Assembly: GCA_048882505.1 (NCBI GenBank)
Contig: JBHLRO010000001.1
Coordinates: 150,001 to 182,000 of the forward strand
Length of the DNA: 32,000 bases
Reading direction: 5' to 3'
DNA from: Candidatus Thorarchaeota archaeon
GTDB lineage: Archaea > Asgardarchaeota > Heimdallarchaeia > Hodarchaeales > Hodarchaeaceae
Below the pieces are notes generated by a model that had not been told where the DNA came from, made no database searches, and saw nothing but the letters and a program-made list of their open reading frames with translations. The translations under genes and the position numbers were made by a program. Positions 24,613 to 32,000 of this stretch are shown in pieces (the first letter of the stretch is position 1; the number at the start of each line of letters is the position of its first letter).

Positions 24613-25260
24613 ATGCAAAAAAAGTTTAAATTTATAATTGGAGTATCACTATTCTGCTTATTATTTTCATCCGTACGTATGAGCGTATTTCTAAATTCCT
24701 CCATCCTTGGCAACAATTTACGTCTAACCACATCGTCAGAGAAAGTTCACTCCATGAAAGTTGTGTTTGCCGTTGCTTCGGAACAAGAAGAATTTTCTTA
24801 TGATGACCAAGAAGAGACACTAATCAGAACGTATACCCGTGTGGAATATAATCTTAGTTTCGAGATTTTCACTGATAATTCGTCTCGTACCACATTAAAT
24901 TCCCTAAACGATTCATGGGTCCTAGAACTTGAGAATCTTGAAATCTTACAGTCCGAAAATGCAATTTCGTTTGTTACATATGAAAAGAGTGAACTGACTG
25001 ATGTAACGACAGCTAAGGGGATCGAAATATGCTTTTCACCGGAAGAAAACATGACTCACATTTATCAATTCGGTGGAGTGTTTAACGAAACTAGTTATTC
25101 TGTGTTCAATTCGCTAGGAGTCTTTTACCAACACGATATGGATACCGCGTTATGGTATCTGTCACTTAACTTTGTCGTTATGGATTTCACAAGGGATGTC
25201 TCCTTGATCGAGGCTTTTTCCAATCATTCACTGCTTGATCCATACATTACTAGGTTTTAA
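24613..25260 (+). CDS. Secreted or membrane-tethered glycoprotein of unknown function
   Basis: Signal-like N-terminus (MQKKFKFIIGVSLFCLLFSS), 7 N-x-S/T sequons and an AGGTGA RBS. Confidence 0.8.
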   Translation: MQKKFKFIIGVSLFCLLFSSVRMSVFLNSSILGNNLRLTTSSEKVHSMKVVFAVASEQEEFSYDDQEETLIRTYTRVEYNLSFEIFTDNSSRTTLNSLNDSWVLELENLEILQSENAISFVTYEKSELTDVTTAKGIEICFSPEENMTHIYQFGGVFNETSYSVFNSLGVFYQHDMDTALWYLSLNFVVMDFTRDVSLIEAFSNHSLLDPYITRF

Positions 25261-25731
25261 GAGAACTAAAAACTCTTTCCTTTCTTTTTATTTAATATTA
25301 ATGTCTGCCTTTTTGGTTAAGACAAACTCTAAACACATTGCGGAATTATAATCAAGTACAATTCTGAAGATCATTGCTCTATCATCAAAGACAGCGATTG
25401 TCCTACCTACATTTGGTGTCTCTCTGCTACCATTCATTTCCCTTCCTTATGGTCTAAAATGCTTTCTAGATCGAAGTTAAAATGGGGCGTGAACAGCTCT
25501 GGAAAAATTAATTTGGGAATAGGGTGTAATTCCAGATTCTAGAAAAGATGGTTCATGAATCCATGATTATTTTTTTTTTAAGGTAGATAAAATTAAAAAC
25601 CAGGTTTTGATTGAAAAAGCGGCATCCAGGGTTTTCGGATTGGAAAATCTTTGAATTATGCCCTGTATTCGGCTAGATTGAGAAGGAAAAACATATCAGA
25701 TTTTGATCCATTTGTTTGGGCATGAATAGAC

Positions 25732-26874
25732 TTGACTAATTCGATTAAAGAGGTAGATATTTTCGTCGTTGGATGTGGTCCTGGTGGAGCGGGTGCAGCA
25801 AGAACTGCAGCGGAAAATGGCTATTCCACACTAGTGGTAGAGAAGAAAGACTTGAGTAACGGTGGTAGATACAAGGCCTGCGGTGGTGCACTGGCTTGGG
25901 ATACAGTGGACGGGACTCATCTCCCTGAAGATCGAATAGACCGTGTTATCGAAGGCTTGGAACTCCATCACGTCGATGGGGAGCAATACACAAAAAAGGG
26001 GAAGGGAGCGGTTGTTTGGAGAAGCACTTTCGATCTATACTTAATGGAATTAGCTCGGGATGCGGGAGCAGAGGTTAAGGATAGAGAGCCTCTTGTCCAA
26101 ATAAAGAGAATAGAACCCTTTTCAAGGGACAATGGGGAGATTAAATATGAGCTTCACACCAAGAATAACACTTATCGTGCGAAATACGTTATTTCAGCAG
26201 ATGGAATGCCCTCTCGAACTCTCCGTCTTTTAAACTGGCCCGATTTTGCCAAGGATGACGTAATCCTAAGCATCACAAACGAGATGAGAACTTCCAAGGC
26301 TGCGATTAATGAAACGCTCGGTACGGACAAAATCCATCTCTTCTTCGGCATCAAGGGTCTGATTCCTGTTGGTTACGCATGGTTATTCCCGAAAGCAGAA
26401 CACATAACTACAGGTTGGGGAAACTTAAGAAATTTGATAAAGAATTCACGTACTGAATACCAGAAGTTTCTAGATCTTCCGATGGTTAAGCGAGCGCTCA
26501 ATGGGGCCGTCTCAGATATATATATGGCCCATCTCATACCTGTTGGGCTTAGATCACAGCTCTATCAGAATCAAGTTTTTGCGGTCGGAGATGCTGGTGG
26601 TATAGTCGATCCGATAAGCGGTAAAGGTATTCCTTATGCCATGAAATCGGGAGAGCTTGCAATAAAATCTATAATAGAATGTGAAGCGGACGGAGATTTA
26701 TCAGAGATGGGAGCCGTATATGTAGAACAGCTAGAGAGGAAGTTTCTCAAAAGTTTAAGGGCCAAACGAGCGGCACGTGATAGAATATTCCAAAATGATG
26801 ATACTTTAAAACGGTTTTTGGATTTATGGGAGAAGCATTCGAGTTCTGAACTTATAGATCGCGGACTAATCTGA
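25732..26874 (+). CDS. Geranylgeranyl reductase-family FAD-dependent oxidoreductase
   Basis: VVGCGPGG, KACGG, ISADG, GYAWLFPK and VGDAGGIVDPISGKGI. TTG start. Confidence 0.92.
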   Translation: MTNSIKEVDIFVVGCGPGGAGAARTAAENGYSTLVVEKKDLSNGGRYKACGGALAWDTVDGTHLPEDRIDRVIEGLELHHVDGEQYTKKGKGAVVWRSTFDLYLMELARDAGAEVKDREPLVQIKRIEPFSRDNGEIKYELHTKNNTYRAKYVISADGMPSRTLRLLNWPDFAKDDVILSITNEMRTSKAAINETLGTDKIHLFFGIKGLIPVGYAWLFPKAEHITTGWGNLRNLIKNSRTEYQKFLDLPMVKRALNGAVSDIYMAHLIPVGLRSQLYQNQVFAVGDAGGIVDPISGKGIPYAMKSGELAIKSIIECEADGDLSEMGAVYVEQLERKFLKSLRAKRAARDRIFQNDDTLKRFLDLWEKHSSSELIDRGLI

Positions 26875-26995
26875 TTTAGATGTACTGATGTCTCTCTCAG
26901 TCTTTTGGCCTTAAAACGAAGGATTAGAAGAACTTCATCTTGATAAGTTAAATGGACAGAAAACATTTTTCTCCAATTCTATTTGGCAAAAGAGT

Positions 26996-28315
26996 GTGGC
27001 GTTGCTAAATTATTCCCGATTAAGGACGTCAGAATATGCTGGAATAGCGTCAGTCCAGTTTCTTCTTTTTTTCAGACGTTTAATTATTTATACGTTCCTA
27101 GCGATTTATTTAAGAGTAATTATTGGACTTTCAACAACTGAAACCTCACTGTTAACGACCATCGGGATGATTGTAAGTTCAATCGCTCAACCCCTTCTCT
27201 GGGGAAGATTATTAGATCGTTGGAAAATATCGGGGTCTACATTTGTGGTAATCGGTGAGATTATTGCCGGTGTTGGCCATATTTTCATGTTTTTATGGCA
27301 CAAAGCAACTTTAGAGACTGGAAATATCAGGTTGGCTGGATTTGTAATCATCATTAGCTTGGGTTTAATCGAATTACCCTGGTCCATGTCAAATGTTGGG
27401 TGGAGCACGTTAATCTCAGAAAAAACGGAGGAAGAAGAAAGGACGAAACTAATGGGGCAGTTGTCTGTTGTGGGAGGAATAGGGGGTATAATCGGGGCAT
27501 ATCTAGGCGGTCAGCTATATCTTGGGGGTTTAGGCTTCTCATCGGGAGTTTTGTTCTATGTGGCCGCCATCATCATGTTCGGATCTGGAATTATCGTATT
27601 TTTTTCTGTTAAGAGAGAGCAATCTTTGAAACGTCATAAAGATTACTTCTCCATTATGACTCCGTCAATTACGTCTTTAAGCGAACTACCCCCTAATATT
27701 ATAAAGCCCTTTGTCATATTACTAGGATCCTTAGCCTTTTTCTTTTTTGGTCTTAATTCAGTGGTATTTACTGCAATTTTTTATATAGTAGATCCGAATG
27801 CTTTTAACGCGAGCGACCAGCAGGTTGCTCTTTATCGCAACGTTTGGTCCCTTTTTCAAATCATTGGTGGAATTTCCCTTGGAATTATAAGCTATCGCAT
27901 AAAGGATACGAAAATCCTTCTTTTTGGCACCGTGATCGGGTGCCTTGCCCTGTTCTGGCTCCCACTTGCGCCAAGCCTTAATATGGCGCTGATCACACCT
28001 GGGTTGTACGGGCTCTCGTTTGTGCTAGGTAGAAGTGCTTCCTATTCTGTGGCTGCAAAGATAATCCCTCCAGGTTTTCGAGGCCGCTTATTTGGGTATT
28101 ATAATTCAGTCTTCTTTTTGAGCTGGGGACTTGGGGGTACTCTCCTTGGCGGGCCCGTCGCAGATTATTTCATTTCAATAGGCTATTCGGCCGCGGAGGC
28201 ATACCGAGCTAGTTTTTTTGCGGCAGGTGGATTGGTGATTCTAGGCTTAATAACGCTATTATATGCGATCAAGTTGATAGGTACCCTAGAGCCAGCAACA
28301 AAACAACACAGCTAA
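26996..28315 (+). CDS. MFS transporter
   Basis: About 12 TMs, WGRLLDRW motif A variant, and RTKLMG and RGRLFG loops. GTG start. Confidence 0.9.
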   Translation: MALLNYSRLRTSEYAGIASVQFLLFFRRLIIYTFLAIYLRVIIGLSTTETSLLTTIGMIVSSIAQPLLWGRLLDRWKISGSTFVVIGEIIAGVGHIFMFLWHKATLETGNIRLAGFVIIISLGLIELPWSMSNVGWSTLISEKTEEEERTKLMGQLSVVGGIGGIIGAYLGGQLYLGGLGFSSGVLFYVAAIIMFGSGIIVFFSVKREQSLKRHKDYFSIMTPSITSLSELPPNIIKPFVILLGSLAFFFFGLNSVVFTAIFYIVDPNAFNASDQQVALYRNVWSLFQIIGGISLGIISYRIKDTKILLFGTVIGCLALFWLPLAPSLNMALITPGLYGLSFVLGRSASYSVAAKIIPPGFRGRLFGYYNSVFFLSWGLGGTLLGGPVADYFISIGYSAAEAYRASFFAAGGLVILGLITLLYAIKLIGTLEPATKQHS

Positions 28316-29949
28316 GATATGGAAACCAGGGGACCAAAAAATTCCTCCGCATCATTAACAGCTTCATTAAATACTCCAATATTTCCATTCCAATCAGCGA
28401 GAACCTTTTGAAATCTTGATTCAAATCTAAGAAGGAAACGTTTCAGTACTTTTTGGAGTTCCCTATCGTTCTTATTAGAGAATACTGCCCCAGAAAGACC
28501 TCCTGATGTATCGGATAAAATAAAGTGAGTTCCGTGCCGAACCAAGTTTAAACTAGCGTTTTTTTCCCCTGTTGCTTCAAGCATAAAACTCCCTACTGCA
28601 GAAAGAGCTCCTGAAATAAGGGGCAAATCAACCTTCAAGCTTTCTCCCTTTCCAAAATTGTAAGAGAAAATAGGCAGCCCAGCATCATTAATCACCAATA
28701 AGAGAAAGAAATCCAGGGGTGGAGAGGAATCAGCTGTCCAATAGAGTGGAAAACTCGCTAAGACCGCCAAGGCAATAAGTATGAATACATTGAAGGCTAA
28801 TTTATCAGCAATGTCCGTGAAAGGATTGAACAATCCCAATATAAGGCCCATAACGACTCCCAGAGAGATAGAGAGGAATCCAAGGGAGTAATATCGACTT
28901 AATGAGTCTCTCGATGCGAGATCGGCCCAGACGGAGGCATCAAGGGAAGGATGGACAAATGCAAATGCTATTCCAATGATGAGTGCAGCAAACAGGAAAG
29001 ATAAGGGATTTTCAGGGAGTAGGCCCACGATAATTGCAGCAAAAACGATTAAATAAGTTGCAAGAACTATTGCAGATTTACGCCCGAATTTATCTACAAA
29101 TAAACCTGCTGGAAGGATCAACAAGCCTGCTCCGAAGATGACTCCTGCCCAAAAGGCTTTATAAGCCCCTAGATCAATTCCAAAGAAAGCAGTCACATTA
29201 TAATAGGTTCCAGCTTCCGCCAAAGAACCAATCATGAGACCTATCATCAAATATACCAAGGTATGAGTCCAGAAATATACGTTAACCGAAGTCCTTTTTA
29301 TTATTTGCCAGTTAGTCGTAGGCCACGGGTCGTTAGCCCAAAATGACCAAACACGTGTGCAATAAAAGAAAATGCCAGTCAAAACTAAGCCAGTTAGTGA
29401 ATAAAGAGTAAAACCTATGAGGTAGTCACTACCGATGATGCCTATTCCGAGAATAACGAAGAGACTAAAAACCTCGAAAATAAAGATCGCGACGCCATAA
29501 TTTATTCCCCTTTTTTTCCAATTGATATTTAAACCTCCAAAGAGAGTATGGCTAGCAATAACCAGGATCCCCATCAAAAATCCAAGGCTCATTGCGCTAA
29601 TGATAATAAGCAATCCATTTTTAACTAATAGAGAGACAACATAGACAGCGAGAAGGATCGAACTTCCGCCAAGACCGAGCAAGACGGTTTTTCCGATGTA
29701 CTGGGGGTATTTATCTAGGAACACCCCCGTTATAACCAAGGCACCGGGAACTGGCCATGCGATAATGATTAACATTAATAGAACATCGACACCAGGAAGT
29801 AGGGATGAGGTATTCAAATAATCGACAAAATCATAGATATACACAAGAACCAAAGAGGCAATAAATAACCAGGAAAAACTTAAGGGCAGTAGTAGAGCTG
29901 CATAAAACGAGAATGGTTTGGACAGTTTGAAGAAGGTCAAATAAAACAT
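28312..29949 (-). CDS. MFS-fold transporter fused to a C-terminal longin domain
   Basis: About 12 TMs with motif A (GLFVDKFGRK; N-half GVFLDKYP), followed by a ~135-aa soluble domain with longin topology. ATG 29949 is preferred; the ORF extends upstream to 30141. Confidence 0.85.
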   Translation of the reverse strand: MFYLTFFKLSKPFSFYAALLLPLSFSWLFIASLVLVYIYDFVDYLNTSSLLPGVDVLLMLIIIAWPVPGALVITGVFLDKYPQYIGKTVLLGLGGSSILLAVYVVSLLVKNGLLIIISAMSLGFLMGILVIASHTLFGGLNINWKKRGINYGVAIFIFEVFSLFVILGIGIIGSDYLIGFTLYSLTGLVLTGIFFYCTRVWSFWANDPWPTTNWQIIKRTSVNVYFWTHTLVYLMIGLMIGSLAEAGTYYNVTAFFGIDLGAYKAFWAGVIFGAGLLILPAGLFVDKFGRKSAIVLATYLIVFAAIIVGLLPENPLSFLFAALIIGIAFAFVHPSLDASVWADLASRDSLSRYYSLGFLSISLGVVMGLILGLFNPFTDIADKLAFNVFILIALAVLASFPLYWTADSSPPLDFFLLLVINDAGLPIFSYNFGKGESLKVDLPLISGALSAVGSFMLEATGEKNASLNLVRHGTHFILSDTSGGLSGAVFSNKNDRELQKVLKRFLLRFESRFQKVLADWNGNIGVFNEAVNDAEEFFGPLVSIS

Positions 29950-30181
29950 CTGTTGTTCTAGGATTGGGATTTGAAAGGAGTAGTTATTTTTATAATCTTC
30001 TATGAAGAAAAGATGGGAGATCAGAAAGATGCTTAGTAGATTCAAAGGACTCAAAATGTGCTGCAGCGATCCCTTATTTGGTACATTAACGTGTGATTTT
30101 AATGGTTGATAGACCTTTTTTTGGACATGATAAGTCAGCATTAATACAAAAGTATGGTAAAAGTCTGTATGTTGTGATTAA

Positions 30182-31402
30182 ATGATTGAAGATTTAGATT
30201 CCGAATTAGAAAAAGTAGATAGTGAGGCTATTATCATCATAGGAGATAGTACTTCTGGAAATCCCTCTCTTGGGTACGTTTGTGGCGTAACAGTTCCTCG
30301 CGGTGGAGTTTATATCAAGAAAATTGGTGAAGAACCTGTTCTTGTTGTTGGCGATTTGGATACGGCTAATGCTCAGCGTGGATTAGTCAGGAAGGTCTAT
30401 CCCACATCCAAATACAACCTCTCAAAACTTGCTCAAGAAAACGGGCTCAAAGAGGCATATATTATTATCTATGATCAAATCCTTGGAGAACTCGGCGGGG
30501 CCAAAGGCCTTGTACTTGCTGGGAAGATTGAAGCCGGCCAAGCAATTGATATTTCAAGAAGAATGGAAAAAAGGGGGTATAAGATCAGAGCTGAGCCTGA
30601 TTTGGTAGATAATGTTCGAAGAACAAAGAGTTCTAGAGAACTTGATATCATTCGTGAAGTTGCACGTAGGACTGAAGATGTTGTACGGACTACTCTTTCA
30701 ATGCTCAGGGAATGTTCAATAAAAGGTGACACACTTCAAAATCCCTTTGAATCAGGCAAAGATTTAACAGTTGGGAAAGTTAAGCAGTTTATCAACCTCA
30801 GATTAGCAGAAAAAAATCTTATCGCCGTTTTTGATACAATATTCGCTCCTGGACCAGATGGTGCCGATCCGCACAATCATGGAACTTCAGAACGAAAGTT
30901 GACCACAGGAACACCTATCGTGTTTGATATTTTTCCCAGAGATGTCGAATCGGGATATTGTTTTGATACCACACGAACTTTTACCATAGGAAAGGCCTCC
31001 ATGGAGGTAAAAAAAATGTATGAGGATGTTTTGGAAGCTCAAAAAGCAGCCCTAGAACAGATCATGGCTAACGCCAACGGAAAGAAGATTTCAACGTCTG
31101 TTTGCAATATTCTTACAAAGCGTGGTCACAAAACTCCGTTGTATTATATGGAAAATCCTGGAATGCCTATGGAAGAAGGATTCATTCATGGTTTGGGCCA
31201 CGGGGTAGGTTTAACCATTGGTGAGCCCCCATATCTCTCACTTCTCAGAGAAGAAGAGGTTTTAAAGGTCGGAGATGTGGTTACAGTCGAACCTGGAGTC
31301 TATTATCCCAATAAATGGGGAATTAGAATTGAGGACACTGTTGCTGTGCAGAACAAAGGCCTTTGGAATTTTTCAACCTTGGAAAAGAATCTTGAACTAT
31401 AA
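30182..31402 (+). CDS. M24 family Xaa-Pro peptidase (prolidase-like)
   Basis: PHNH, VFDIF, DTTRTF, HGLGHGVG, TVEPGVY and GIRIED metal-ligand motifs. Confidence 0.94.
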   Translation: MIEDLDSELEKVDSEAIIIIGDSTSGNPSLGYVCGVTVPRGGVYIKKIGEEPVLVVGDLDTANAQRGLVRKVYPTSKYNLSKLAQENGLKEAYIIIYDQILGELGGAKGLVLAGKIEAGQAIDISRRMEKRGYKIRAEPDLVDNVRRTKSSRELDIIREVARRTEDVVRTTLSMLRECSIKGDTLQNPFESGKDLTVGKVKQFINLRLAEKNLIAVFDTIFAPGPDGADPHNHGTSERKLTTGTPIVFDIFPRDVESGYCFDTTRTFTIGKASMEVKKMYEDVLEAQKAALEQIMANANGKKISTSVCNILTKRGHKTPLYYMENPGMPMEEGFIHGLGHGVGLTIGEPPYLSLLREEEVLKVGDVVTVEPGVYYPNKWGIRIEDTVAVQNKGLWNFSTLEKNLEL

Positions 31403-31493
31403 AATCTTGTCTTCCATTTCTGATTCTAAAATCAACGAAAGATACATCTATATACACAGAGAAGTGTGATTCCTTTCATGAAGGGGATTGTGA

Positions 31494-32000
31494 TTGCGAC
31501 GTAGTTTAGATCAGAAGGCCATTCAGTTTTCAAGAATATTACCCCAAGAAGTCCATCAGCTTTTAAATATCCTAAAATCCCATAATAAGGAATCCTTGGT
31601 AATCGGAGGGGCCGTCAGGGACTTTTTCTTTGGGGTTCCTATTGGGGATTTTGATTTAGCAACATCAGCGGTTCCAAGCCAGTTGATTCAGTGGTTTCAG
31701 GATTCAAATGTCAAAACTAAATCAATTGGCGGTGAATTTGGAACAGTCCTTGCCATCATAGGAAAAAAGGCTTTTGATGTGAGTACCTTTAGGCGTGAGC
31801 ATTTTCCCGCCCCTGGAAAACCCCCAATAGTTACATTCGTGAAATCATTGGCCGATGATTTAGCCAGAAGGGATTTTACTATTAATGCACTAGTCTATGA
31901 TGATGCAGATAAAAAGATTTTCGATCCCTATGATGGTCTTCGTGACATCCGAGAGCGCGTGATTCACATTATAGGAGATCCTTTTATTCGTTTTCTTGAA
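31494..32000 (+). CDS. Class II tRNA nucleotidyltransferase (CCA/poly(A) polymerase head domain), partial; runs off the right edge
   Basis: Not in the ORF track; translated by hand from TTG 31494 (AGGGG upstream): ...LVIGGAVRDFFFG...DFDLATS...GGEFGTV...STFRRE...DDLARRDFTINAL...DPYDGLRDI...IGDPFIRFLE. Confidence 0.93.
   Translation, partial: MRRSLDQKAIQFSRILPQEVHQLLNILKSHNKESLVIGGAVRDFFFGVPIGDFDLATSAVPSQLIQWFQDSNVKTKSIGGEFGTVLAIIGKKAFDVSTFRREHFPAPGKPPIVTFVKSLADDLARRDFTINALVYDDADKKIFDPYDGLRDIRERVIHIIGDPFIRFLE

Noticed and set aside
29950-30141. 64-codon N-terminal extension of the MFS-longin ORF
   Set aside because: It would leave only 40 bp for two divergent promoters, and MFS-like sequence begins after ATG 29949. 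It is not excluded, but unsupported.
1669-31469. Numerous 60-110-aa ORF-track entries overlapping longer genes (e.g. 1669-1908, 2930-3178, 9270-9566, 10165-10485, 26634-26966)
   Set aside because: They are antisense or out-of-frame shadows of well-supported CDS with no motifs.

Overview
This is a gene-dense archaeal chromosome segment, most consistent with an Asgard archaeon (Heimdallarchaeia/Hodarchaeales-like; inference). The evidence is an archaeal/eukaryotic-type ProRS, TATA boxes with AGGTGA-type ribosome-binding sites, a Rab-like GTPase, a longin-fold domain and an Asgard-style surface Ig domain. It has about 26 supportable CDS, mostly housekeeping or metabolic: CoA-transferase, ProRS, NUDIX, S9 and M24 peptidases, an ABC-2 exporter, MDR/AKR/GGR/flavin reductases and two MFS proteins. 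I found no rRNA, tRNA, CRISPR array or transposase. The best 'new system' candidate is a 12-TM MFS transporter fused to a C-terminal longin domain (a possible transceptor), in the same window as a Rab-like GTPase and a membrane-anchored RING-like protein. Other leads: a class II (bacterial/eukaryotic-type) tRNA nucleotidyltransferase, a His-ladder 29-aa repeat protein, a lipid kinase-membrane fusion, an 11-bp-phased TGTTGATGA array that also reads as chained M-x-C-stop mini-ORFs, a ~50-bp direct repeat flanking a lone gene, and a structured ~220-nt intergenic element. All family calls come from motif recognition by eye; no searches were run.
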